A stretch of DNA of 39,203 nt from a virus. Taxonomy: Duplodnaviria; Caudoviricetes. A program made the position numbers and the translations under genes. The notes under the pieces are model-generated. The model saw only the letters and a program-made list of their open reading frames with translations. It did no database searches and was not told where the DNA came from. Position 1 is the stretch's first letter, and every line of letters starts with the position of its first letter. The stretch spans positions 1-39,203 of IMG/VR virus record IMGVR_UViG_3300047282_000628; one strand, given 5' to 3'. Shown one piece after another: positions 1-8,971 of the stretch.

Positions 1-17
1 GTAAAACTAAGAAACAG

Positions 18-49
18 ACCCCTCAAGTAAAATTGAGGGGTATTTTTTT
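18..49 (+). terminator. Rho-independent terminator
   Basis: ACCCCTCAA-gtaaaa-TTGAGGGGT 9-bp stem followed by A and T7. Confidence 0.75.
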
Positions 50-54
50 AACAT

Positions 55-636
55 GTGGAAAAAACAAACCAGTACAAACTAGAACTAAATGTATGTGAAC
101 ATAAGTTAATCATAGAGATACATGGAGGGGATTCAAACCACGCGCAGGCTCAAGCTTCGGATATCGCTCGTGCTTTAAAAACTCAGAACTACACTCTTAC
201 ATACGCAGATGACACAACAGGACACGAACAGCTTTCAACGCTCTTCAGTGATTTAGCGTCAAATAACTTTAGTTATACGGATTGCAGTTTCTGGCCTGGT
301 AAAAAGGCAAACGGACACCCGTGTATATACGTGTGCGGTAAAAGATTTTATGTCAGGAACATTATAGCAGATTACTTAGATGTACGAAGCGGAGATCAAA
401 CTATAAAACAAAAGTGCAAGAATATACACTGTATAAACCCATACCACTTCGAATACAAAGCGGAAAAAAACTCTAAGCTTTCCGGCGGCGACCAAAAACT
501 ACTTGTAGCATCTATCGGCCAAGGCGCCCGCGTTTCGCAGGTAGCTCAGGTGTTTAAAGTTCACAGATCAACCATCTACCGAAAACTCAAAGATGAACGT
601 TTTTATCTTGGGACTCCGCGTAACAGCGGCAGCTGA
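55..636 (+). CDS. Degenerate His-Cys-box/HNH (Zn-binding) protein with C-terminal HTH
   Basis: CSFWPG...GHP...GKR and CKNIHCINPYHF match the phage HNH Zn-loop. Gln replaces the catalytic His. C-terminal VSQVAQVFKVHRSTIYRKL is a Hin-like HTH. Confidence 0.65.
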   Translation: MEKTNQYKLELNVCEHKLIIEIHGGDSNHAQAQASDIARALKTQNYTLTYADDTTGHEQLSTLFSDLASNNFSYTDCSFWPGKKANGHPCIYVCGKRFYVRNIIADYLDVRSGDQTIKQKCKNIHCINPYHFEYKAEKNSKLSGGDQKLLVASIGQGARVSQVAQVFKVHRSTIYRKLKDERFYLGTPRNSGS

Positions 637-1237
637 AACGGAAGAAAACACTGTAAACGTTTTAGCGGAATCGTTACCCTCAAACGACAAACGAGTTGCA
701 TCAAAAGTGCAGCTCATACAGGCTAAAGATCACTATGTGGGGAAACTTCTTAAAGAACTCAAGGAAGATCAAACAGTATTGGCAATTGGTCCCACAAGGG
801 CTACGCCTGATGGCGTGCTTCAAATGCAACCAATCCTGGTTGTAACGAGTGAAAACTTCGATGATCTGCTGGCAATCAACCTGTTTGTTGCAGCCGGTGG
901 CCTGGGACCTAAAGCAGACGAAGTAGAACTTTCTGATACAACGGTAACTAACCGCTCACTTGCGTGGCAGTCTGGGGATAACGAAACCTGCTGGTTTAAA
1001 CTCACAGCTTGGGCAGAACTTTCGAAGCAGCTTTCGGAACTAGCTCCCGGCACACCTACCATTGCTGTAGGTAATGTGAACACCAGCGAAAAAGATGATA
1101 AATCGTATTTAAACTACAACGTGTCAAAGATCCTCTACCTCCCAAAGTCAACTAAGACCGCTCCAAAAAAAGCTGCCGATCCTGAAAAAGGAAAGGTGGC
1201 GACTGCAGCGCTCGGCTCTATTGATTTCTCGCTCTGA
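593..1237 (+). CDS. ssb: Single-stranded DNA-binding protein, probably two OB folds
   Basis: Second half INLFVAAGGLGP...SLAW...ETCWFKLTAWAELSKQLSELAPGTPTIAVGNV follows the SSB pattern. First half is a weaker repeat. K/A/P linker and IDFSL tail. Confidence 0.7.
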   Translation: MNVFILGLRVTAAAETEENTVNVLAESLPSNDKRVASKVQLIQAKDHYVGKLLKELKEDQTVLAIGPTRATPDGVLQMQPILVVTSENFDDLLAINLFVAAGGLGPKADEVELSDTTVTNRSLAWQSGDNETCWFKLTAWAELSKQLSELAPGTPTIAVGNVNTSEKDDKSYLNYNVSKILYLPKSTKTAPKKAADPEKGKVATAALGSIDFSL

Positions 1238-1254
1238 ATTACAGGTAACTAACT

Positions 1255-2064
1255 ATGGTGTTTATCGCTGGTCAATTTTCTGAGGACGAAATTCTCTGTA
1301 ACGTCCCGCCTCATACTCTGCGGATTGATCTCCAAGCTCGACGTTGGAAATCTGATGTTGATCCCGATTCAGCAATCGTGGATCGAAACGACAACGGTAT
1401 CCCGATTGAATTTATTCTGCTGGGATTCACTCCTTATTTCGGAAACCTCGGAATGAGGAATCAGGAGGAATTCCTCCGAATCGCATACATCGGTGTGTCG
1501 CCTAACCACAGGCTGCTCCCGTCACGATGTGTGACGACCTCGATGATTTCTGGTAAATCCAGCCAGAAAAACTTCATATCTTATTTCCAAACTCTCTACA
1601 ACAATCGAATCAACTGCGCCTCGGTGGTCACGACCACTAAGTTTGTGACTCGTTCGTTCAACGAACGTGATCCTATGACGGGTGCAGATGGTGCGAAGAT
1701 TAATTTCAACGCACTAGAGTTCGCGGATCGTCCCCCCGCAGACGATAAAGAAACCCAGTTGATCACGGACATCGATGCGTGGCTTAACGACAAAGGTCCT
1801 GGGCTCATCTCGGCTGCGCTCAGGTCTCACATCCCTGGGGCAAATCTGGTCGAACTGCCGTTGGGTGCTGATCACACGGAGATCAAAGCTCAATTTGCAG
1901 CAACGAATCCATCCGGATCTGATCGAACCTTCGCCTCTGCTGATCCTCAGGCGAGTCTTCCGCCTGCTCCCAAGTCAGCAAAGCCAGAACCACCGGCAGC
2001 GGGCGGGAAGAAGGCTGTGGAGCTGACTGAAGAACAAGCAAAAGCTCTTGGAATCGACTTCTGA
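1255..2064 (+). CDS. Hypothetical replication/recombination protein
   Basis: 269-aa ORF downstream of ssb, P/A/K linker, ALGIDF C-terminus, followed by a terminator. Confidence 0.6.
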   Translation: MVFIAGQFSEDEILCNVPPHTLRIDLQARRWKSDVDPDSAIVDRNDNGIPIEFILLGFTPYFGNLGMRNQEEFLRIAYIGVSPNHRLLPSRCVTTSMISGKSSQKNFISYFQTLYNNRINCASVVTTTKFVTRSFNERDPMTGADGAKINFNALEFADRPPADDKETQLITDIDAWLNDKGPGLISAALRSHIPGANLVELPLGADHTEIKAQFAATNPSGSDRTFASADPQASLPPAPKSAKPEPPAAGGKKAVELTEEQAKALGIDF

Positions 2065-2083
2065 GTTAAATCTGAGGCACACT

Positions 2084-2106
2084 GGGGCGGACACCGCCCC
2101 TTTTTT
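2084..2106 (+). terminator. Rho-independent terminator
   Basis: GGGGCGG-aca-CCGCCCC followed by T6. Confidence 0.85.
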
Positions 2107-2117
2107 AATGTCTGATT

Positions 2118-2504
2118 ATGCGGAAAAAACTTAAAACCCTCAAAGTAAAAAAGGGAAGCTTTTGGGTTTTTATATTTCTAGAACGCTTTAACGATGATGT
2201 CTGGAACATCGCAGTTACAACTTCGAAAAGTCAGAGGGGAGCTCGCGACTGGTATTGGAGACGAAAGAACAAACGATCTGCCCACGCGGGGACAAATAAC
2301 AAAAGAGCTGGTATCCAGCATCTGAGGGCGGCTTTTGAATTAACTAAGAAAGCTGTGGCGCAGCTGCCGGCAGGTGACTCCGTAATCTCTATGCCCACAT
2401 CGGAAAAGAGGAGTGCGATGAGTAAATACTTAGAACGAATCGGTTTTTCGCCTATTCAAATGGGTGATCAACATTTTTGGGTTCTAGTAATTCCTGAAAG
2501 CTAG
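2118..2504 (+). CDS. Hypothetical basic protein
   Basis: 128-aa ORF filling the gap after the terminator. Confidence 0.55.
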   Translation: MRKKLKTLKVKKGSFWVFIFLERFNDDVWNIAVTTSKSQRGARDWYWRRKNKRSAHAGTNNKRAGIQHLRAAFELTKKAVAQLPAGDSVISMPTSEKRSAMSKYLERIGFSPIQMGDQHFWVLVIPES

Positions 2505-2691
2505 GAAGCAGTACACCATTCTGAGCACACCAGGATGCTAAACGACTAAACAAATGATTCCTTAACAGATATTGGCTATGGATTTCTCCGAAAATCTCAA
2601 GTAGCTGGTCCTTATCCAGTTTCTTAGCATCCTGCATTACACGTTGGTGCAGGAAGTCCTGTTCTGGGGTACGCCACTGAAGATTCAGCAT
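2452..2691 (-). CDS. nblA: NblA-like phycobilisome degradation adaptor (copy 1)
   Basis: TPEQDFLHQRVMQDAKKLDKDQLLEIFGEIHSQYLLRNHLFSRL aligns without gaps to the NblA pattern LSLEQQF...DQ......L..Q...R...Y..L. Confidence 0.7.
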   Translation of the reverse strand: MLNLQWRTPEQDFLHQRVMQDAKKLDKDQLLEIFGEIHSQYLLRNHLFSRLASWCAQNGVLLPSFQELLEPKNVDHPFE

Positions 2692-2780
2692 TTCTTAAGA
2701 GGCATATTGGTCATATTAGGTACATAATGATCCGCAGGCCGGCCGAACCCCGGTAAACTTTGGAATCAAAACAGATTCTC

Positions 2781-3320
2781 GTGGAACCCTTCTACACAGT
2801 CCCAAAAGGAGTCACACATGCGCTTGTTAAACACTCGTATATACAAGGCTCGGTCTTGGTTCCGCATGATCCGCTGAATGTTTTATCGGATCAACTTCGA
2901 GCTCACAATTTCTCGGTGACGACCAACACCAACCCGGACAACCTTATGGATCCGATCTGGTGGGTGGGAGAACGAAATAAGAACTACGACTGGGTCATAG
3001 CGTCTACACTGGGATCCTACGAGTTTAATGAGTACATATTAGAATACGGTATACAGATCGCACGAAAAGGCATAGCAATCCTGGATAGACTTTCGTTTAT
3101 AGAGCCTGTTGCGAAGCGTCGGACATTCTTACTTAAAAATAAGCTTTCGAATATGATTGTCCTCAGTCCGCGTCCTAAATTCAGGGCCATCGGCTCCACG
3201 CGGGACTCGGTTACCTCTTGCTGGTTCGTGTTTCAACGACCCGATAACTGGCACGACGGAACTCAGGTAACCTTTGGACTCGACTGGGACCGTGTAGACC
3301 CACTTCCTCCTCTGCAATGA
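2781..3320 (+). CDS. Degenerate phage DNA adenine methyltransferase homologue
   Basis: FYTVP...YDWVIA...IAILDRLSFIEP...RPKF...CWFVF scaffold. EPxxGxG and NPPF/Y are replaced by VPHDPLN and STLG. GTG start at 2781 preferred because TAAACT lies 21 nt upstream. Confidence 0.6.
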   Translation: MEPFYTVPKGVTHALVKHSYIQGSVLVPHDPLNVLSDQLRAHNFSVTTNTNPDNLMDPIWWVGERNKNYDWVIASTLGSYEFNEYILEYGIQIARKGIAILDRLSFIEPVAKRRTFLLKNKLSNMIVLSPRPKFRAIGSTRDSVTSCWFVFQRPDNWHDGTQVTFGLDWDRVDPLPPLQ

Positions 3321-3682
3321 CAAAATCAAAATCACAGAAGTTTGAAGACTTCCAACGTCATGTACTCGAACAGCTCGTCGCAACCAACCACAAGCTGGAT
3401 AAACTCTGCGCCATTCTTATCTCTGATCAACTCCTGCAGGAGTGCATCGACCCCGAAGGGAACCCAAGAGAAGCTGAAAACTGCGCAGAAATCGTTACTG
3501 AGTCGTTTAGTGCGGGACTGTGTCTATCGAAAGAACTAGACGCTAATCAACGCGAGTTCGATTATCACGTCTCGGAATTCTTTGTAAATGATGAAGAAGA
3601 CGAAGAAGAGGAAGAAGAAGATGATGAAGAAGACGAAGACGACATGCCGGATAACAGGAGGCCACCCGTTAGCTTTTTTTAA
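3317..3682 (+). CDS. Hypothetical protein with long acidic tract
   Basis: About 20 consecutive D/E residues near the C-terminus, ends VSFF, ATGA overlap with the upstream gene. Confidence 0.7.
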   Translation: MTKSKSQKFEDFQRHVLEQLVATNHKLDKLCAILISDQLLQECIDPEGNPREAENCAEIVTESFSAGLCLSKELDANQREFDYHVSEFFVNDEEDEEEEEEDDEEDEDDMPDNRRPPVSFF

Positions 3683-3716
3683 GGCTGCTACTATGTAGAT
3701 AATTCGACACAATAAT

Positions 3717-4496
3717 GTGTCCAAAACACGGTTAACTCTTAACGGTTTACGGCACTATATTTGTGACGGTGTACCCAAACCGCTTCCGTCTGTAACCAGC
3801 GTTCTTTCTGCCACGCAGACGGAAGATACCAGGAAGAAACTTGCGCACTGGAACATCATGAATCCAGGTGCGATGGAGAAGGCTGCAGAGAGGGGAACGT
3901 GGATTCATAACGCAGTAGAGAACTATGTTCGCGGACTAGAGGTACATCCGCCAAGCGACTACATGCCGTTTTGGAACGGTATGCCTGAAAAACTAGATGA
4001 GTTATTTGAACGTGGAAAAATACTGTGGAGTGAAAAACCGTTCAATCAACCCCAATGGTCTAACTATGTAGGGGAAGATGGCGTAGGCCGCATCCACTAC
4101 TATGACAGCAAAACAGGTTGGGGATATGCCGGATGCTGCGACGTAATTTATCAGGACGGTAACGGAGAGATTATTCTCGGGGACTTTAAAACGAGTGTTG
4201 GTCCGTACTCCGCAAACTTCCCCAAAGCGAAAGCGGACATCCCAGAACAAACGAGGAAAGCACTTATAAGCGGGGTATTCAAACTCAAAAAGACTCAACT
4301 CCAGCTCGCTGCTTATACAATTGCAGCTGAGAGTTGCCTAGATATTCAGATAGATAAGACGCAGATTATTGTGTCTACACCGTTACCCGAATACCCTGTT
4401 CAAGTTTTTACTTTCAGCAAGGAACAAGTAAGTAAACACAAAGAGCTTTGGCTTCAAGTTCTTAGGAAATTTTACGAGGACAACGCCCAACCTTAA
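3717..4496 (+). CDS. PD-(D/E)XK exonuclease (RecB/Cas4-like phage family)
   Basis: LPSVTSVL, AAERGTWIH, YAGCCD, ILGDFKTS and LQLAAY motifs. Confidence 0.85.
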   Translation: MSKTRLTLNGLRHYICDGVPKPLPSVTSVLSATQTEDTRKKLAHWNIMNPGAMEKAAERGTWIHNAVENYVRGLEVHPPSDYMPFWNGMPEKLDELFERGKILWSEKPFNQPQWSNYVGEDGVGRIHYYDSKTGWGYAGCCDVIYQDGNGEIILGDFKTSVGPYSANFPKAKADIPEQTRKALISGVFKLKKTQLQLAAYTIAAESCLDIQIDKTQIIVSTPLPEYPVQVFTFSKEQVSKHKELWLQVLRKFYEDNAQP

Positions 4497-4556
4497 TACC
4501 CACTTCCGCTGCGGGAACTGGGAAGTCGTGCCACAATGGCACCACGCGCTCAGACT

Positions 4557-7325
4557 ATGGACTTTCTCTACTCCCGGAACCTCGAAGTCAAAAAGCACAT
4601 CAGCCCGAAGCTGGGCAAGATTCCGGAAGGGGGAAATTTTGGAGCATTTAACTCTAACTGGGAAGCCTGTGAGAAGGATATTAAAACCATTTCCGAGGAG
4701 GTCTTAGCGGGTGCGGGGCTCTGTGCTTGGCACCTCGTGAACGGAAAACGAGTAAAAGGAGAAACTAATGCGATAAAAGCAGGCTTAATTATCATCGATA
4801 TCGATAATCAAGCTGACGGTAAGGATGAAAACGGTAATAAAATCAAAGACATTCAGTTAACCGTAGAAGAAATTAGCGGCATCGAGATATGCCAAAAGTA
4901 CTTATCGTTCGCCTACTACTCACCCAGTAACGCTGAAGATTGGCCTCGATTCCGATTAGTTTTTGGGTTAGAGCAACCGATAACAGACCCGAGCTTCCAC
5001 AGGTGGCTCACGCAGGAAATCGCCAAAAAGATTCCGGGATCAGACTTCAGGGCAACATCGACAGTTAACCTCTTCTATGGGGCTAAAGAGGGCACAGAAC
5101 TTATAGAGCTCACAGATAAATACATACCAATTAAAAAGATTCAAGAGGCATTTCAGGCTTATGTAGCGATACCAAAGACTGAAACCGAAGACACGGATCC
5201 CCTCGATTGCCTCAAGATCGACGTTGATCCAGATGGGTTACAGCTCGAACCGCTGCTGAGCGCTCAGGTCAGGCACATCCTCGAAGGAGGAGCGGTGGAG
5301 GATCGATCCTTCGCTATGGCGATGGCGCTGAAAGAACTGATCGGATGGAGCAACTGGCTGAGGGAACAAAAGATCGCGGTCACCGAGGAACCTCTTGACA
5401 TTTCGAACCGACTCTTCTACTGTATATACGAGTACGCCCCGGAGCTAGACGGCAAATTCAACCGGATCCTCGGCAGCATTTACGACGCGCCGAACCTTCG
5501 ACCCGCAGTGACCATGGCCTCCCAGGACGGTGAATTAGCCGCCTGGAAAAAGGTAAAATATTACAGTCGGGATGTATTTGAATCGAATTGTCCTGACGAC
5601 ATCAAGGATCAGATCAAAGCCACGCGGCCGAAGCCTGTTAATTCCGTTCTCACTTTCGAGCTGACCTCGGAGAAACCCGCCAACCAGAAGGTCGAGAACA
5701 AAACAAAATCAACATCAACATCAAAACAAATGACAACGGCACCAACACCTGATACCCCTGCGCAGCTAATACAGATCCAGAACAACAACAGGCAGTTTAG
5801 TGAGAACGATATTGCAGATATTATCGTAAATAACTATGGAGACTCTTTCCTATTCGATTCAAGTTTGGATGAATTCTTTCACTACGACGGAGACGAAGGC
5901 GTTTGGTTTATTAATGACGAACAGCATATCAAACGCAGAGTCGTAAAGACCTTAGATACATTTGTGCGAGCGGGTGTACTACCTAAGTACAGCTCGGCAA
6001 CAGTGAACTCGGTTTACCAGCTCCTAAAAGCCAAGCTTCTTAAGTCTGTAAAAGCGGGCCGAGCTTCCATCTGGCAATCGAACCGGGGCAAGATTCCTTT
6101 CCGCAATGGGGTTCTCGATGCTGCCACGCTCGACTTCGAGCCCGGAAATCACAAGGATCTGTACTTCCAAACCAAGCTGCTGTTTGATTACGACACCAAC
6201 GGAAGCTGCCCAGAGTTTCTTAAGTGGTTGGATTGGGCAGTCGGGAAGGACAAGACGATCATTATCCGTGCTTTCCTTCGGGCTGTACTGACGGGATATA
6301 CAACAGGTGAGCGCTTCCTCCACCTGATTGGTCCTGGTGGTTCGGGTAAGTCCACGCTGCAGCAGGTTCTGATCGCGTTGGCTGGCTACACCGGAACGCA
6401 CACGTCTGACCTAGAAACCATCGAAACAAACAGGTTTGAGTGTCATAGCCTTATCGGCAAACGACTGCTGCTCCTGACCGACGAAGCATCGTTCAGTAAG
6501 CGCCTCGATACCCTTAAGAAGCTCACGTCATCGAGCGACACCCTTCGAGCAGAGCGGAAGTACGGAAAGGAGATCGTCAACTTCAAACCCGAACTGCTGG
6601 TCTCTATCGCAAGTAACGAGCACATCAGCAGCTCAGACATCAGCTCTGGTCTCGAACGCCGCCGTCTAACCATTGTTATGGACCGGGTGGTGGACCCCTC
6701 GAAGCGGCGGAATTTGATCAGTGTGTTCCCCGACCGAATCGAAGGTGAATTCGCAGCAGAACTGCCCGGCGTTGCTAAATGGCTGATCGATATGCCTTAC
6801 GAGGAGATGCGAGATGTTCTCGCGAACCCGGTTAAGTATTGCCCAGACCTGAACACCTCTAACCTCGACGCTCTGGTGTTCAACAACCCGATCTGCGCAT
6901 GGATGGCCGACTGCTGCCTCTACGCACCTAATGCCCACACGATCCTGGGCGGTGGTGCCTTCCGGCCAACCATCGATGAGTCTGAACGAGGTCTGTACGT
7001 TAAGAACGCATACTCAGAAGTGTATGCCTCCTACGTGAACTATTGCAAATCTAACGGTTACAAGCACAGTGCTAAACCGCGATTTGTCGACCGACTGAAG
7101 GAGACAACCAACAACGTAATCAAGATCCCCGGAATCACAGCTAAGTACATCAACGGAAAAGCTGTAGTCACCGGAATACGATTAAAACCCTTCGATATCT
7201 CGACTGATCGTGCAGCTTCCGGTAAGAATAGGTTGCCCTCACCTATAGACTGGGCCAGTTCGCCCAACAGTTGGGACGCCGCATTCGAAGAGCACGACCA
7301 ACCAAAAGAGCAATCAGATGATTAA
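4557..7325 (+). CDS. Primase-helicase: N-terminal primase-polymerase-like domain plus D5/P4-family SF3 helicase
   Basis: IIIDID and YYSPS...RFRLVF primase-like motifs, IPFRNGVLD (D5_N), Walker A GPGGSGKST, Walker B LLLTDE, motif C IASN. ATG 4557 preferred over 4536. Confidence 0.88.
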   Translation: MDFLYSRNLEVKKHISPKLGKIPEGGNFGAFNSNWEACEKDIKTISEEVLAGAGLCAWHLVNGKRVKGETNAIKAGLIIIDIDNQADGKDENGNKIKDIQLTVEEISGIEICQKYLSFAYYSPSNAEDWPRFRLVFGLEQPITDPSFHRWLTQEIAKKIPGSDFRATSTVNLFYGAKEGTELIELTDKYIPIKKIQEAFQAYVAIPKTETEDTDPLDCLKIDVDPDGLQLEPLLSAQVRHILEGGAVEDRSFAMAMALKELIGWSNWLREQKIAVTEEPLDISNRLFYCIYEYAPELDGKFNRILGSIYDAPNLRPAVTMASQDGELAAWKKVKYYSRDVFESNCPDDIKDQIKATRPKPVNSVLTFELTSEKPANQKVENKTKSTSTSKQMTTAPTPDTPAQLIQIQNNNRQFSENDIADIIVNNYGDSFLFDSSLDEFFHYDGDEGVWFINDEQHIKRRVVKTLDTFVRAGVLPKYSSATVNSVYQLLKAKLLKSVKAGRASIWQSNRGKIPFRNGVLDAATLDFEPGNHKDLYFQTKLLFDYDTNGSCPEFLKWLDWAVGKDKTIIIRAFLRAVLTGYTTGERFLHLIGPGGSGKSTLQQVLIALAGYTGTHTSDLETIETNRFECHSLIGKRLLLLTDEASFSKRLDTLKKLTSSSDTLRAERKYGKEIVNFKPELLVSIASNEHISSSDISSGLERRRLTIVMDRVVDPSKRRNLISVFPDRIEGEFAAELPGVAKWLIDMPYEEMRDVLANPVKYCPDLNTSNLDALVFNNPICAWMADCCLYAPNAHTILGGGAFRPTIDESERGLYVKNAYSEVYASYVNYCKSNGYKHSAKPRFVDRLKETTNNVIKIPGITAKYINGKAVVTGIRLKPFDISTDRAASGKNRLPSPIDWASSPNSWDAAFEEHDQPKEQSDD

Positions 7326-7902
7326 TCGTATTTTTGCAGCCATCATCATCGCAGGTGCTAGCGCTACAACCGTAAGCGCTTTTGTAGAACCAAAAGCAAC
7401 CGGAGCAACCGTAGGTGCCACGGGTGCAGCATTAGCTGCAGCAGCAGTAGCAAGCGAAGCTCGACGGAAAACAGAAGAGCAGAAAGCTGAAGCTATGCGA
7501 GTAGCTCAAGCTTTTAGGTATCTTTACGACAAATACAACGGCGTCATCAGTCCGTATGAGCTTTCGTTTCTAGGCGAAATAGCGGCGGACAAATCGATTG
7601 CGTTCCTGGAAACGCTGGCAGAAAGCCAGGAAGGGCAACGGGTAGAGAACGATCAGGGTCTGGTCTACTCCTTCCCACACCCGCAAAACGCTCTCGATCA
7701 ACTAACTAAGAATGCGCAGGCATGGGTGCAGGCGCAGATGAATCCTCTGCTCGAAGAGAACAAGAATCTGAGGCAGGCGATTCAAATTATGCAGGCGCAG
7801 ACCGCTACACCGGTTCGACCCGCACCTTTTGTTCCGACACCGGCAGTTCCCAAAACTCAGCCGACTGAAGAGCAGGTTGACCCTTGGAATAATCTGCTAT
7901 AA
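7318..7902 (+). CDS. Hypothetical membrane-anchored protein
   Basis: Two N-terminal hydrophobic/Ala-rich segments, coiled coil, Pro-rich tail. Confidence 0.65.
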   Translation: MINRIFAAIIIAGASATTVSAFVEPKATGATVGATGAALAAAAVASEARRKTEEQKAEAMRVAQAFRYLYDKYNGVISPYELSFLGEIAADKSIAFLETLAESQEGQRVENDQGLVYSFPHPQNALDQLTKNAQAWVQAQMNPLLEENKNLRQAIQIMQAQTATPVRPAPFVPTPAVPKTQPTEEQVDPWNNLL

Positions 7903-7919
7903 TATAAAGTATGCGCATG

Positions 7920-7955
7920 GGGAAAAGAGCCGGGGCCATGAACCCCGGCTTTCCC
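7920..7955. terminator. Hairpin between convergent genes, likely terminator
   Basis: AGCCGGGG (7928-7935) and CCCCGGCT (7943-7950) inverted repeat, extended by GGGAA/TTCCC. Confidence 0.6.
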
Positions 7956-8687
7956 TTAGGCGAACTTCAGCTCATCGATGTAGCGCCAACCCTTAAGACC
8001 GAGGGACCGCTCCTCGAAGGCAACCTCGGTGATCGCTTGAATGATGTCAGGCATCAGAGAACGCAGTTCGCGCCCGATACAGTTGGAGATGTACCGGTGC
8101 TCTAGCTGAGTCCCCGGAACGGAACGCAGACCGACATAAAACAGCCAGTTGCGAATATTGCCCTGCATATGAATCCGTGTCGGGGAACTCATCGGGAGGA
8201 TATTACGAGCGACTTCTTTTGCCACGCCGTCCAAAACCATGTCATCGTAGAGATCCAAGGTCTGGTGATATAGATCTCGTATGCGCGAGCGGTACTTTTC
8301 CTCCATCTGTGTATCGTCATAGGCAATGCTGTTCTGACGATTTTTAAAATCTTGGGAACGAAGCTCGAACTCGCAAACGTCCTCGATCTTCGAACCCAGG
8401 ACTTCATTAGGGTTGCAGTAACGCTGACTCGTTTCCTGAAAACAAAATGACCTGTGTCGGATTATCTGAGCTGAAATACTACGGCTCGTAATAATCTCGA
8501 AGCAGGCGCAAGCTTGCTCGAACACACTGAAGTGCCCGTGCTTAATACAGTATCGTAGGAGTCCCCTGTACTCCTCTCGATCAGGATCAACCGTGGAAGT
8601 GCGAGCGTGCTTGGCAATGCAGCGCTCAGCAGACGGAGTTACCCAATCGAGAGTGACTTTGTGAAGGGAATCAAGCGGAACGCTCAT
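7956..8687 (-). CDS. thyX: Flavin-dependent thymidylate synthase
   Basis: GHFSVFEQ, QIIRHRSFCFQETSQRY (RHR-x7-S), KEVARNILP and TQLEHR. Confidence 0.95.
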   Translation of the reverse strand: MSVPLDSLHKVTLDWVTPSAERCIAKHARTSTVDPDREEYRGLLRYCIKHGHFSVFEQACACFEIITSRSISAQIIRHRSFCFQETSQRYCNPNEVLGSKIEDVCEFELRSQDFKNRQNSIAYDDTQMEEKYRSRIRDLYHQTLDLYDDMVLDGVAKEVARNILPMSSPTRIHMQGNIRNWLFYVGLRSVPGTQLEHRYISNCIGRELRSLMPDIIQAITEVAFEERSLGLKGWRYIDELKFA

Positions 8688-8835
8688 CCTCGCCGGCTTG
8701 TTTACCCGGCACGATAGCAGCGGTTATCCGCTCAACCAACCCAGGATGTTGTTTTGCCACAGCGCCGGCAAAGCGGTTGGCTGTGTACTCCATCTCCTCG
8801 GGTTTCTCGTAAATCATCGGGCCAGCGAAGCGCAT
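8671..8835 (-). CDS. Small hypothetical protein, 54 aa (not in ORF track)
   Basis: MRFAGPMIYEKPEEMEYTANRFAGAVAKQHPGLVERITAAIVPGKQAGEDERSA, tiles the operon. Confidence 0.55.
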   Translation of the reverse strand: MRFAGPMIYEKPEEMEYTANRFAGAVAKQHPGLVERITAAIVPGKQAGEDERSA

Positions 8836-8837
8836 GA

Positions 8838-8969
8838 TCAGGTACGGGGAAAGGTTTCTTGGTAACGGAGACGACGTGTAATCTCCGAAGGAGTTATACC
8901 GGACAGTTTATAGGCTTCTAAACCCAGACGCTGACCGGCAAGACGAATAGGGAAATCAGAATCGCGCAT
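8838..8969 (-). CDS. Small hypothetical protein, 43 aa (not in ORF track)
   Basis: MRDSDFPIRLAGQRLGLEAYKLSGITPSEITRRLRYQETFPRT, 2-nt gaps to both neighbours. Confidence 0.55.
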   Translation of the reverse strand: MRDSDFPIRLAGQRLGLEAYKLSGITPSEITRRLRYQETFPRT

Positions 8970-8971
8970 GA

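Noticed and set aside
3717-4496. Cas4 or CRISPR system
   Set aside because: No Fe-S cysteine cluster pattern, other cas genes or repeat-spacer array. It fits an ordinary phage exonuclease.
4557-7325. Eukaryotic NCLDV or virophage origin suggested by the D5 helicase
   Set aside because: Peptidoglycan hydrolases, tail-fibre chaperones, NblA and bacterial terminators indicate a bacteriophage.
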